Positions 12,997-22,751 are shown, counted from the stretch's first letter. The stretch is 59,899 nucleotides of DNA from Nanobdellota archaeon (GCA_018220985.1 JAAOXS010000014.1:1-59899); one strand, 5' to 3'. Made by a program: numbers and translations. Notes: generated by a model from the sequence alone, not told the origin.

Positions 12997-14501
12997 TTCA
13001 AATCACCAATAGTTTTCATACCTAACTCTTTAAGAGAAGGTAATAATTTAGAATAATGAATTTTTTCTTCGGAAGAAACTTCAGCTGTTACAGCTAAATT
13101 CTTTCTCAAACCCACGTTTTGACCTTCAGGAGTTTCAGAAGTGCAAAGCTTACCCCAATGAGTAGGGTGCAAATCACGCGCTTCAAAATTCTCACGTGAG
13201 GAAGATAATAATGAAACAACACGTCTTAAATTTGAAATCGTTGCAAAATAATTTAACCTATCTAATCTTTGAGATATTCCTTCACGACTACCCCAATTAC
13301 CTGTTGCAAGAGAACTTCTCAAACGAGAAGTCAATATTTTAGAACGCGTAACTCCTTGAAGAGATGGAATCCTACCTCTCTTAATCAGACGCTCATAATT
13401 ATATTTAATATCTGAAACCATCATTCTAAAACTACTTCTAAACAGTGTTTCCATTAAATCACCAGCAAGACGAAGACGCTTATTAGAATAATGGTCCTTA
13501 TCATCAGTGGGTAATTCCTTATTAGACACTAATAATACTTTTTTAACACACTTACCTAAGTAATGTGCTTTAAGAATTCTTGCTTCAACAGAACTTCCAA
13601 TATGAGGTAAAAAATATTTATCAATTAAATTAAGAATTCTCTCCGCTCTCTTATCCTCTTCAATGTAAGAAATCTTAGCTTTTTTTGCAATAAAATCAAG
13701 AGCGTCTTTTTGAGTTTTAACGTCCTGAGCTTCATATAAATTAATATAAATATCGTTGTACAAATCCTCTCTCTCAGAGATTAATTGAGCAATTTCTTTA
13801 TCTTTAACAACGCCTAAAGCTTTCATAAGAACTGCAAAAGGAATATCTTTCAATCTTGTGAAATTAGCGTAAACCATTGATTGTTTGTTCCTAACTATTT
13901 CATGAGGAATACGATAACCCCTACGTTCAGAAAATATTTTTCCAATATAATCATATTTTCCATGAGGATTTTCTTGCACGAACAATTTGTTAGGCGCTAA
14001 ATCTTCAACAATAATAATAACCCTTTCTGTTCCATTAATAATAAAATAACCACCAGGATCTGACGCATCCTCACCCATTTCAATAAGTTCGGAGTGAGTC
14101 TTATTTTTCAAATAACAATAATCTGATTTGAGCATTATAGGCATATTACCTAAATAAACAGTTGTTTCATCATCGCGAACACCATCAGCTACAACAGTCA
14201 TTTTAATGTAAATAGGCGCTTCATAAACTAAATCACGAATTCTTGCCTCTATAGGAAGCATTTTCCTATTAGAACCATCAGCTTCGCGCATGATTGGATC
14301 TTCAATCCAAATCTCGCCAAACTCTATTTCATAATTTTCATAACCTTCAGGTTTAATATCCAAACCAACTTTTTTAACTTCATCAACAATGGATTGCATA
14401 CCCTTCTTAATAAACATGTTAAAAGAATTCGTATTGTAAGCAACAAGGTCTGAAGCTTCAAAATATGATTTAATAACTTGTTTAGAAAGTTCAGGCATCA
14501 A
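12993..14501 (-). CDS. rpoB2: DNA-directed RNA polymerase subunit B'' (N-terminal half of split RpoB)
   Basis: 502 aa with an RpoB N-terminal lobe/protrusion sequence. It ends ..TPEGQNVGLRKNL.. and overlaps rpoB' by 4 nt. Confidence 0.95.
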   Translation of the reverse strand: MMPELSKQVIKSYFEASDLVAYNTNSFNMFIKKGMQSIVDEVKKVGLDIKPEGYENYEIEFGEIWIEDPIMREADGSNRKMLPIEARIRDLVYEAPIYIKMTVVADGVRDDETTVYLGNMPIMLKSDYCYLKNKTHSELIEMGEDASDPGGYFIINGTERVIIIVEDLAPNKLFVQENPHGKYDYIGKIFSERRGYRIPHEIVRNKQSMVYANFTRLKDIPFAVLMKALGVVKDKEIAQLISEREDLYNDIYINLYEAQDVKTQKDALDFIAKKAKISYIEEDKRAERILNLIDKYFLPHIGSSVEARILKAHYLGKCVKKVLLVSNKELPTDDKDHYSNKRLRLAGDLMETLFRSSFRMMVSDIKYNYERLIKRGRIPSLQGVTRSKILTSRLRSSLATGNWGSREGISQRLDRLNYFATISNLRRVVSLLSSSRENFEARDLHPTHWGKLCTSETPEGQNVGLRKNLAVTAEVSSEEKIHYSKLLPSLKELGMKTIGDLK

Positions 14502-14733
14502 TAATCACCCTATAATGCTTTGCAGTTCCTGAAGTGCGACTTTTACGAGTTATTTCAAGAACTTCACCTGCTTTTGCTTCAAGTCTTTCAACAATAGGAT
14601 CTGAAACGAATATTTTTGGAAGTTGAGAAAATTTTATGTTATGCTCTCTTAAAATAACATTAATCTCTTCCTCATTCATAACGCGGTACGCTGGAACGAG
14701 TTCGTGTTGGAGAATGTCAACTTTTTTAGTCAT
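14491..14733 (-). CDS. rpoH: DNA-directed RNA polymerase subunit H (Rpo5)
   Basis: 80 aa (..HELVPAYRVMNEEE.., ..DPIVERLEAKAGEVLEITR.. ). First gene of the RNAP operon. Confidence 0.8.
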   Translation of the reverse strand: MTKKVDILQHELVPAYRVMNEEEINVILREHNIKFSQLPKIFVSDPIVERLEAKAGEVLEITRKSRTSGTAKHYRVIIDA

Positions 14734-14772
14734 AATGTCACCAATAGTGCTTCAAAAAAAAATTATTATTCG

Positions 14773-14779
14773 TTTAAAA
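14773..14779 (-). promoter_or_regulatory. Candidate TATA box for the rpoH-led operon
   Basis: The coding strand reads AAAGCTTTTAAACG about 40-46 nt upstream of the rpoH ATG, in an otherwise gene-free 120-nt spacer. Confidence 0.3.
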
Positions 14780-14853
14780 GCTTTTCTATCATTTAATAAG
14801 CCCATTATTGGTTATCTCATAAATACTTAACTTTACTTCTTAAAGGTTTTGGT

Positions 14854-15777
14854 TTATTTTTCTAATGTTAGAATGTTATAACTTACACCATCAATACCCA
14901 CATTAATAATTCCAAAAGATTCACTCCAAGGAGTATTCAATTCTAAACCATGTTTTTTCAGTATTTGCTCTGATTGTTCACATACTTGTTGTAAAGGATC
15001 CTTTGTATATGAGCCGGGGGTGAATGCTAAATTTTTTACGTTTGTACGTTCAGCAACATCTTCAAGAGTAAGAATATTTTTTCCAGGAGATTTAAACGCA
15101 TTATTTTCATGTATGTGACCTGAAATAAAAGCTAAAGGCTTTTTTTCCTGTAAATCTTTAATTAACAAACTTGAAAAATTAAAATCATTAGACAAAGCAT
15201 TTTGTGGTTTTAGAAATTTAAGTGCTTGTTCACTATATTGACCTAATAGATTAAATCCTGGAATCAAACCCTGTTGTGTTAGTACGAAATATGCTGTATC
15301 TCCTAAATCTAATCCAGGAATATGACACATAACTATTGTTTTTTCAGGATTAACATTATTCAAATTGTTTTTGAATTTTGTGTAAGCCTCAACATCAATC
15401 AGTAATGGCGCATCATTATTATTTGGGAACCACGTTGTTCCAGGAATTGGAAGAATTGTATAACCATTTACTGTAGTCACATCTTTTCTGGTTAAATCAA
15501 AAATTTGTTCAGGGTTTTTTTCTGTAAAATTATCCATTAAAGCATTGTAATCATTCATATCTTCGTGACTTCCAGGTAAGAAATATGAGGGTTTATCAGA
15601 CAGTTTAATTAATTTTTTAAGATTTCTAAAGCCATTCTCAATATGTCCTGGCTCAAATATGTCACCATTAAATAGAATTGCATCAACTTTTTCAAAATTA
15701 AATTTGTTCAAAGCTTGTTCTAAATCCCGCCCATGCGTGTCATTTATTACTCCAATTCTTCCCATAATCAAAAACAA
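14854..15777 (-). CDS. Calcineurin-like metallophosphoesterase
   Basis: Motifs INDTHG, NGDIFEPG, and GHIHEN near the C-terminal half. Confidence 0.65.
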   Translation of the reverse strand: MFLIMGRIGVINDTHGRDLEQALNKFNFEKVDAILFNGDIFEPGHIENGFRNLKKLIKLSDKPSYFLPGSHEDMNDYNALMDNFTEKNPEQIFDLTRKDVTTVNGYTILPIPGTTWFPNNNDAPLLIDVEAYTKFKNNLNNVNPEKTIVMCHIPGLDLGDTAYFVLTQQGLIPGFNLLGQYSEQALKFLKPQNALSNDFNFSSLLIKDLQEKKPLAFISGHIHENNAFKSPGKNILTLEDVAERTNVKNLAFTPGSYTKDPLQQVCEQSEQILKKHGLELNTPWSESFGIINVGIDGVSYNILTLEK

Positions 15778-15900
15778 AAATAAGAATACTATTTTTAAAG
15801 ATTACTATTCTAACTCCCAATAAGTAAAAATAACGAGAAAACTAATGTTTCATCATACCTTACAATAATATTTATATGATGCTATAACACTGAAGATAGG

Positions 15901-16251
15901 ATGATAGATTTAAGTGAAGAAGAAATGAAAATAATGTTTTCTAATCCATTTATTGATGGAAACGATGAAATAAATAATAAAAAAGAATTAACAAACCATT
16001 ATGGAATACTCGGATTACTCAACTCTAACAAAAGCAAAATTAAAGGAAATATAGAATTAATACTTCGAAAAGAATCTCAATATTTTAATAAAAACCAAAT
16101 AAATAAATTAATTGAACTTTACAAAAAAGAATTCGGAACCGTTTTTTCACAAGTACAAAAAGAAAACGGGCATTACTCAATAAACACCACAAATGTTATA
16201 TCAAACACAACTGAAAAACTACCTGGACTTTATTTTCACTTAAAAGAATAA
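15901..16251 (+). CDS. Hypothetical protein (116 aa)
   Basis: ORF only. No recognisable motif. Confidence 0.35.
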   Translation: MIDLSEEEMKIMFSNPFIDGNDEINNKKELTNHYGILGLLNSNKSKIKGNIELILRKESQYFNKNQINKLIELYKKEFGTVFSQVQKENGHYSINTTNVISNTTEKLPGLYFHLKE

Positions 16252-16318
16252 AGAAAACACACATTTTTTATTACGAATAACAAAATAAAGTAGTTAATAC
16301 TTTTAAATTATTAAAATA

Positions 16319-17065
16319 ATGCGTTCAATAATAAACCCTTCAAAAAACAGGTTTAAAGTACTACTTGAAAGATCACTGCGAAAAACGCATTCAATCAACA
16401 TAATGTGCAACTGCGAAGTGGAATATAAAGGACGAGCAGTAAGCCACCTAAAAATGGGTGATAGGGTTGTCTTAATCAAACCAGACAAAACAGTAATAGT
16501 CCACCAACCATCAGGACGAAACCCTGTTAATTGGATGCCCGCTCAAGCACACATAAAACTTGAAGAAAGCACTCTAAAAATTGAAAGCGTAAACCCAAGA
16601 GAATTCATGAAAATAAAGTTTAATCACGTGCACGTGTTTTCAAGCTCACCGTTAAAAGATGCTGCAACACTAAAACAAGTAGGCAGTGAAGCTGACATGG
16701 CAAAAATGATTTATGACAATCCACGACTAATAGGTGAATTCGTGCCAGCAAGCATGGAAGAACAAACCACTTATGGTTTCATAGACGTTTTCGGAAGAGA
16801 TTATAATAATAACTTAATAATTATTGAATGCAAAAGGTACAAAGCAGGACTGGACGCTGTGCAACAATTACGCAGGTACGTTGAAAAAATAAAGAAAGAT
16901 AAAAGTAAAGAAATAGTAACTGGAATTATTGCAGCGCCAAAAATAACTTCCAACGCGAAAAAAATGCTGGAAGATTGGAATTTCAAATTCGTAAAAATTG
17001 AGCCTCCAATGTACTTAGTGCCTGATAAAGAATTACAAAAAAGATTAGAAGAATATGAAACGTGA
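16319..17065 (+). CDS. nucS: Endonuclease NucS (EndoMS)
   Basis: N-terminal beta-barrel region (CEVEYKGRAVSHL, LIKPDKTVIVH) and a C-terminal RecB-like nuclease motif (FIDVFGRD...IIIECKR). Confidence 0.8.
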   Translation: MRSIINPSKNRFKVLLERSLRKTHSINIMCNCEVEYKGRAVSHLKMGDRVVLIKPDKTVIVHQPSGRNPVNWMPAQAHIKLEESTLKIESVNPREFMKIKFNHVHVFSSSPLKDAATLKQVGSEADMAKMIYDNPRLIGEFVPASMEEQTTYGFIDVFGRDYNNNLIIIECKRYKAGLDAVQQLRRYVEKIKKDKSKEIVTGIIAAPKITSNAKKMLEDWNFKFVKIEPPMYLVPDKELQKRLEEYET

Positions 17066-17348
17066 GCAAGTATACAAAATCGTGGAACAAGTCCCAGAAG
17101 GAAAAGTCATAACTTACAAAAGAATAGCTGAAAAACTTAATTGCAAGTGTTATCAATTAATAGGGCAAATAATGGCTAAAAACCCTTACGCGCCAAAAGT
17201 TCCCTGCCATCGAGTTGTTAAATCAAATGGTGAAGTAGGAGGGTTTAATGGAAAAATTGAGAACAAAGAAAAAATAAGATTACTGGAAAAAGAAGGAGTA
17301 AAAATTGAGAATGGTAAAATAATTGATTTTAAAAAAATTTGTTTTTAA
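17055..17348 (+). CDS. Minimal MGMT/Ogt-family protein (C-terminal DNA-binding/active-site domain only)
   Basis: 97 aa with the active-site motif PCHRVV retaining the Cys. It overlaps the nucS 3' end by 11 nt. Confidence 0.75.
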   Translation: MKREQVYKIVEQVPEGKVITYKRIAEKLNCKCYQLIGQIMAKNPYAPKVPCHRVVKSNGEVGGFNGKIENKEKIRLLEKEGVKIENGKIIDFKKICF

Positions 17349-18322
17349 TATTTTACTACAGGTGTTTCAATAACATCTTCTAAACTATTATTTCGTCGTG
17401 ATTCATTATTAAATTTAATACCTAATTTTTCAACTAAATCTTTATACCTATTTCTAATAGTTGTAGGAGTAATACGCGTAACGTCATAAATCTGATCCTG
17501 AGTTTTATTAGACCCCATTATTTTAGCAGCAAGGTAAAGAGCAGAACCAGCTAAGCCAATTGGATCTTTTCCAAAATGAATTTTCTTATTTACCGCATCA
17601 TCCAAAATTTCAAAAGCTTTTTTTTGAACAATCATAGGTAAATTTAGTTCTGTTCCATATCTTAAAACATAATCTTGAGGACGAGCAATAGGTATTGATA
17701 AACCTAATTCATTTACTAAAACACGATACATTCTACCTAACCCTATTTTAGTTATACCTGTTTTACTAGCTATCTCATCAAGAGTTCTAGGAAACCGCCT
17801 TATCCTAGTAGCAGCGTAAATAGAAGCTAAACTCACTTTTTTTATACTATATCCTCTAACAATTTCTCTATTCAGTGCTTTTTTATAAATTGAAGCGGCT
17901 GTTAACACAACATTTTTTGGCAACTCCAATTGTGAAGAAATTAGTTTAAATTCTTTCTCAGCTTTTTCCAATTTTTTTCCAAGAGGCGAATTATATGAAT
18001 ACCATACGTTATTGAATTCTCTTAAATGGAAAAATTTTTTTCTTTGATAAAGGCTTAAAGGATTTCTACTAAAATCATAATTTCCAAGACCAATCAGTGT
18101 AGAAAGATTATTCTCATTAAAAATATTGTTTTGAGGGGGTCCAGTATGTGATTTTTCTTCAATTTGTTTTTTATTGAAAGCTCGCCATTCTTGATTTGTT
18201 TCAATAATGTTATGGTTAATAACAAGACCGCAATTCCCACAAGCTTCTTCACCCCTTGAATAAGTTGAAACAATGTTTGAACTACCACATTCAGAGCAGC
18301 AATTATTTTTTGATAAATTCAT
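17345..18322 (-). CDS. tfb: Transcription initiation factor IIB (TFB)
   Basis: N-terminal Zn ribbon CSECGS..CGNCG followed by two cyclin-like repeats, 325 aa. Confidence 0.9.
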   Translation of the reverse strand: MNLSKNNCCSECGSSNIVSTYSRGEEACGNCGLVINHNIIETNQEWRAFNKKQIEEKSHTGPPQNNIFNENNLSTLIGLGNYDFSRNPLSLYQRKKFFHLREFNNVWYSYNSPLGKKLEKAEKEFKLISSQLELPKNVVLTAASIYKKALNREIVRGYSIKKVSLASIYAATRIRRFPRTLDEIASKTGITKIGLGRMYRVLVNELGLSIPIARPQDYVLRYGTELNLPMIVQKKAFEILDDAVNKKIHFGKDPIGLAGSALYLAAKIMGSNKTQDQIYDVTRITPTTIRNRYKDLVEKLGIKFNNESRRNNSLEDVIETPVVKY

Positions 18323-18417
18323 GTGTAATTATATTAAATTTATAACACATTTAAAAAAATTATTAAAAAATAGAACATTAGTTAAGTTTAAAAAGGCTTT
18401 TTCCGTTTTTTTTTGTT

Positions 18418-18942
18418 ATGAAACAAGCAATTCTTGCGTTAGTGTTCCTAACATTAGTGTTAGCAATGTTCGGAGGTTTTGACTCAAAAATTTCAGGCAA
18501 TTACGTTAGCCCTGCAAAAATAAGAGCTGTTGAAACAATTAATGTACTTAACAATATTGATGTTCAAGTTCGTGAAAATGATTTTTTAATTAACACTAAC
18601 GAATTATCAACTCATAATGGAATACCCATCCTCATTTCAGGTGAGGAAACAGAACTAATTCTTGATTTCTCATTTCTTAACAACGATTTTTTCAATGAAA
18701 TAGATAACTACGTTAATTTTTACAAAACCAGAACTTACTTGAAAATTGAAAGTGAAATTGTTGAAAGCGAATTAAAACCATCAGGTTTCTTACAGTACTC
18801 TTGCAATTTTAAAATTCCGAAAACTGTTTCGGGTAAAGGTATTCTCGTTTACGAAACAAAAACTTGGAGTAAAAACGTAAACGTAATAATCAGCAACGAA
18901 TCAGAAATAACACTATTAGGCATAACAGAAATCACATTATAA
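18418..18942 (+). CDS. Secreted hypothetical protein (N-terminal signal/anchor)
   Basis: Hydrophobic N-terminus MKQAILALVFLTLVLAMFGG. No known domain recognised. Confidence 0.45.
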   Translation: MKQAILALVFLTLVLAMFGGFDSKISGNYVSPAKIRAVETINVLNNIDVQVRENDFLINTNELSTHNGIPILISGEETELILDFSFLNNDFFNEIDNYVNFYKTRTYLKIESEIVESELKPSGFLQYSCNFKIPKTVSGKGILVYETKTWSKNVNVIISNESEITLLGITEITL

Positions 18943-18980
18943 AAAAAATTGCCCTTCAAATTTTTTTTTGAGTAATGAAC

Positions 18981-19634
18981 TTAATTCTTCCACTCTCTAA
19001 AAAATTGTTTTAAGAATTTTAACATAAATCTATGTCTACTTACAGCTAATTTTTTAGCTGTTTTTGTATTCATATTATCTTTTAATTTCAAAAGTTTATC
19101 ATAAAAATGTTCAATTGTGCTATTATTTAAGTTCTCAACTTTATAAAATTCATTTTTAGAAATGTTTTCTTTCCACATAGAAATGTTATGAGCACCTCCA
19201 AATGCAAAAGCTCTTTCAATACCAATAGCACCTAAACCATCTAAATTGTCAGCATCTTGGATTATTTTTGCTTCAATGGTTTCAGCTTTATTTCCTTCTT
19301 TTGTAAAATTATAATGATCATGGACTTCTACACAATGCAAAACTTCAGATATCTTCTCTTCAGGAAATTTAACTTTTTTAAGAATTTTTTCAGCTTCTTT
19401 TAAACTATCTTTACCACTAAAATATTTTTTATGTTTTTATGCAAGTGCTTGATGTAAATCATGTAGTAATGCAGAAGTTCCTATAACTAGTTTATTTCCA
19501 CATTCTTTCTTTTGTAAAAAAAGAGATAATTTGACTACTCTTAATATATGATAAAAGTCATGAGAAGGATCTTTAGAATACCCAAATAATTCCACTTCTT
19601 TTTCTATTTTTTCAAATATTATTTTTTCTTCCAT
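18981..19634 (-). pseudogene. YedJ/YpgQ-like HD-domain phosphohydrolase interrupted by one in-frame TAA (19437-19439)
   Basis: The two track ORFs (19437-19634 and 18981-19340) are in the same frame. The 96 nt between them are stop-free and continue the family sequence (..ALLHDLHQALA*KHKKYFSGKDSLKEAEKILKKVKFPEEKISEVLHCVEVHD..DADNLDGLGAIGIERAF..). Total 218 codons. Confidence 0.7.
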
Positions 19635-19779
19635 GTTTAAAATTTTTACATTTTTATTTTATATGCATTATTAACTATCACCAATATTGTTTTTATATTT
19701 GCTTGTCTCTTTACTCATGAGTTTTTTGTGCATTTCTAATAACATTTAAAACACATATCATTAATAAAAAAATTATAAG

Positions 19780-19907
19780 CGCCCCGGCCGGGATTTGAAC
19801 CCGGGTCGCGGGATTTCTGCAACCCTTTTGGTTTTTTTGCTCAAGCTTTTTTTCCAAAAAAAGGTTGTGACAGTCCCGCATCCTGGACCAGGCTAGACTA
19901 CCGAAGC
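19780..19907 (-). tRNA. tRNA-Asp(GUC) with a 53-nt intron at the canonical 37/38 position (intron about 19815-19867)
   Basis: Hand-folded cloverleaf: acceptor GCTTCGG/CCGGGGC, anticodon stem CGGGA/TCCCG, loop CTGTCA|..|A, T arm CCGGG-TTCAAAT-CCCGG. Canonical hBHBh': central helix CUGU/GCAG with 3-nt bulges CA|C and AA|A. Confidence 0.85.
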
Positions 19908-19932
19908 GTAAGGTTACTGTAAAATTTTAGGG

Positions 19933-19940
19933 TTTAAAAG
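19933..19940 (-). promoter_or_regulatory. TATA-like box upstream of tRNA-Asp
   Basis: The coding strand reads CTTTTAAAC, 26-33 nt upstream of the mature 5' end. Confidence 0.3.
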
Positions 19941-19979
19941 CATTACTCATAGTTATTAAATTTGAATTCGTCTGTTTCT

Positions 19980-20531
19980 TTAATCAAAAACTTTTGATAA
20001 TACATCAAATTTTTGTTGTTTTAAACTCCATACACAAGTACGAGGGAAACCTTTGGTTTTAGATTTGTTCAGCCACTTTTGCTTAAACAATTGATTAGCA
20101 ACAGCGTAAGCTTTCTGCGTTGACACGTCCAAGTCATTACTTAACTCCTTACTTGAAATAGTTTCAGGATACTTATCAACTAACACCATAATAACTTCAA
20201 AATCAAGACTTGAAAAGAACTGGCCGAAAAAACCATCAATAAAATTCACTCTGCTAATCGCGTTATCAACCTTATTTATCATATCCTTACGTTCACTTAA
20301 CAGTTTAGAGTTTTCTAATTGAGCTTGGGAAACAATCATGCCCGCACGTCTAAGCTTGCCCGACTGGTCATTAACAATTCTGGAAAGAACATTATTACGT
20401 TTAGAAATGTAAGCAAAAAGTTTTGAATCAAAAATTTTGAATAATTTAATAATCAAAAATGATGTTGGCATAAGTACGCCAAAAGATAATGTTGACAGCA
20501 TTAAAACATTCGCCCAAACAATATCACTCAT
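19980..20531 (-). CDS. Membrane-anchored protein with a C-terminal winged-helix-like domain
   Basis: N-terminal hydrophobic segments, a central coiled-coil-like stretch, and a C-terminal region (..ETISSKELSNDLDVSTQKAYAVANQLFKQKWL..) that looks like wHTH by eye. Confidence 0.4.
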   Translation of the reverse strand: MSDIVWANVLMLSTLSFGVLMPTSFLIIKLFKIFDSKLFAYISKRNNVLSRIVNDQSGKLRRAGMIVSQAQLENSKLLSERKDMINKVDNAISRVNFIDGFFGQFFSSLDFEVIMVLVDKYPETISSKELSNDLDVSTQKAYAVANQLFKQKWLNKSKTKGFPRTCVWSLKQQKFDVLSKVFD

Positions 20532-20592
20532 AAAAAAAGATTAATTAAAAACAACTTTTAAAACTTTTCATCACTAAAAAGTGGTTAAAAAA

Positions 20593-21990
20593 CTATTTTT
20601 TTCCTGTTGAAACAAGAGAAATTTTTCCACGCACACTTCCAACTTTTCCTTTATGCTTATACTCAACTTTTGTACCTGGCAAAAATATTCTACCCAGAAT
20701 AGCAAGAGACGTGTCAAAATGATAAGTGATTATTACCTCACTCTTAGGCGCTACTTCACCAACAGACCATAACAATTTTTTACCAGTTAAATCCCTAATC
20801 ATTTTTGGATGAAGCGTTCCGTACGTGCCAATCTTTTTAATGAAAGGTAACATCACATCTCTAACACGCACGTTTTTCAAAGTTGCATTAGATATGTTCT
20901 TAATTTTTATGGTAACCTTAAAAGTTGAAGAATGCTCACCCAAATTTAAAGGCACAACTTTTCGTGAAATGCTAATCTTACGCGTTGCGTAAACGTAAAT
21001 TAAGTAAATTCCAAGAAGAATAAATGGCAATAATAATAATGGAATATACGTAACTTTGTAAACAAAACTTGCAGTTTCACCAGCATTTAAAGTTGCTGTT
21101 AACAAGATTTTACCATTCTCAAACACTATATCACCATCAGTATAATAATTGAAAAACCTTTCAATAGGAGCAATGTTAATAGGAACTGAAATCACTCCCT
21201 CACCAGTACCAACATTAGTTATGTTCAATTTAATGATTTTACCAAAAACGTTTTGCTCAACAACAGGACTTCCAACAGCGTACTCGTAATAACTAATAAC
21301 TTTGAACTCGGTCTCATTCCACTCATTAGCATAACCCTTATTATATGCTCTAAATCGAAGAATATAATCTTCAGGTAACTGACCATATTCTAATCCTATT
21401 TTGAAAAAAACTTTAGCAGTTGTCAAAGGCTCCAATAACACATTTTTAGAATTATTAAATAAAACAACATCATATTGTAAAATTTCATAACGAACTTCAG
21501 AATCAATAATCATGTTAGTTGGATTATGAACATTAATGATTAATTCCTGTTCTTGACGCGGATCAACAAAATCAAGAAAAGAATAACCAGTAACAATAGG
21601 ACGTAAATTGCTCGCTTTCAAAAACTTACCTTTAAGAGTTATTTCATTATTCATACCTGCAGGATTTGAAAAATAAATTGTGAAAGGAATTTCAATAAGT
21701 AATGGCGTATCTTTTGTTGAATCAATGTAAAAATCTATTGATTTATTCTCACCAGCAAGAAGTGAAACACGACTTGCTGAAGAATGAATATTAAACAAGT
21801 TTTCATCAATAAAGTAAGATAACCAAATATTATCAGTATAAGATTTCTCATTTGTAATTGTAAAAATGTAGTGTAAAGAATCACCTTCAATAACAGTACT
21901 ATTAATAACTTCATACGCTAATGTGTAAGCATTAACTGCCAAAGGCAATGCTAACATAGCAAATAATAGTATTACCACCTTACAATTCAT
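20593..21990 (-). CDS. Secreted/transmembrane protein (signal peptide, one TM about 130 aa from the C-terminus)
   Basis: ATG at 21990 gives MNCKVVILLFAMLALPLAVNA. TM segment PLLLLPFILLGIYLIYVY. Beta-rich Ig-like sequence on both sides. Confidence 0.5.
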   Translation of the reverse strand: MNCKVVILLFAMLALPLAVNAYTLAYEVINSTVIEGDSLHYIFTITNEKSYTDNIWLSYFIDENLFNIHSSASRVSLLAGENKSIDFYIDSTKDTPLLIEIPFTIYFSNPAGMNNEITLKGKFLKASNLRPIVTGYSFLDFVDPRQEQELIINVHNPTNMIIDSEVRYEILQYDVVLFNNSKNVLLEPLTTAKVFFKIGLEYGQLPEDYILRFRAYNKGYANEWNETEFKVISYYEYAVGSPVVEQNVFGKIIKLNITNVGTGEGVISVPINIAPIERFFNYYTDGDIVFENGKILLTATLNAGETASFVYKVTYIPLLLLPFILLGIYLIYVYATRKISISRKVVPLNLGEHSSTFKVTIKIKNISNATLKNVRVRDVMLPFIKKIGTYGTLHPKMIRDLTGKKLLWSVGEVAPKSEVIITYHFDTSLAILGRIFLPGTKVEYKHKGKVGSVRGKISLVSTGKK

Positions 21991-22043
21991 AATAATCAAA
22001 TTAAAACAAGGTTCAGTATTAAAGATTTTCTTGAATATAAACG

Positions 22044-22598
22044 CTATATTAGGAGTAACTCTTTAACTAACTTTTCTGTTTGAGAGTATAACTCTTCAAG
22101 AGTAGAATCATTTCGCAAAATTTTATGAGTGTACTTGAATGTTTCGTGCATGTTAAAAGTTTCAAACTCTCTTTTCTCATGTTCTTTAAACTTCTCTAAA
22201 GTTTTTGGAAATCCTGGACGCGCACGTTTTTTCATACGTTCAAAACGTATTTCTGGCTTAGCGTCAACTAAAACCAAAACATATTCATTCCCCAATTTTT
22301 GTAATGGAATTTTGGCGTCAACTGGATTTCTCACACCATTAAAAATCGCTTTTTCAACACTACTATCCTTAATTTTTTTTAGAATAGTATCAACAAAAAA
22401 AGTTTCACCATGCTTCGCGTACAATTCTTTACTTACAACATTAAGATTATCTCTTGTAAGTTTCAAACCTCTTTTAGAAGCAACTTCACGACTAATATCA
22501 CCTGAACGGAAACTTACAAAACCATGTTTTTCAACTAAGTAATCTGCAACAACATCTTTTCCAGAACCGTTTGTTCCCATTAAACCAATAACTACCAT
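22044..22598 (-). CDS. P-loop nucleotide/nucleoside kinase-like protein
   Basis: N-terminal Walker A GLMGTNGSGKD, 184 aa. Substrate not assignable by eye. Confidence 0.5.
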   Translation of the reverse strand: MVVIGLMGTNGSGKDVVADYLVEKHGFVSFRSGDISREVASKRGLKLTRDNLNVVSKELYAKHGETFFVDTILKKIKDSSVEKAIFNGVRNPVDAKIPLQKLGNEYVLVLVDAKPEIRFERMKKRARPGFPKTLEKFKEHEKREFETFNMHETFKYTHKILRNDSTLEELYSQTEKLVKELLLI

Positions 22599-22656
22599 TT
22601 CAAAATGGAATAATCAACAATTGTTAAAAAATGTTTTGGAGGGGGAAAAATGTTAA

Positions 22657-22730
22657 AGCCTCAGAAGGGATTTGAACCCTCGACCTCCGCCTTACCAAGG
22701 CGGTGCGCTACCGAACTGTGCCACTGAGGC
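22657..22730 (-). tRNA. tRNA-Thr(GGU)
   Basis: Acceptor GCCTCAG/CTGAGGC, anticodon arm CCGCC-TTGGTAA-GGCGG, T arm GAGGG-TTCAAAT-CCCTT. No intron. Confidence 0.85.
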
Positions 22731-22751
22731 GTTAAGGATAGCACGTTTACT

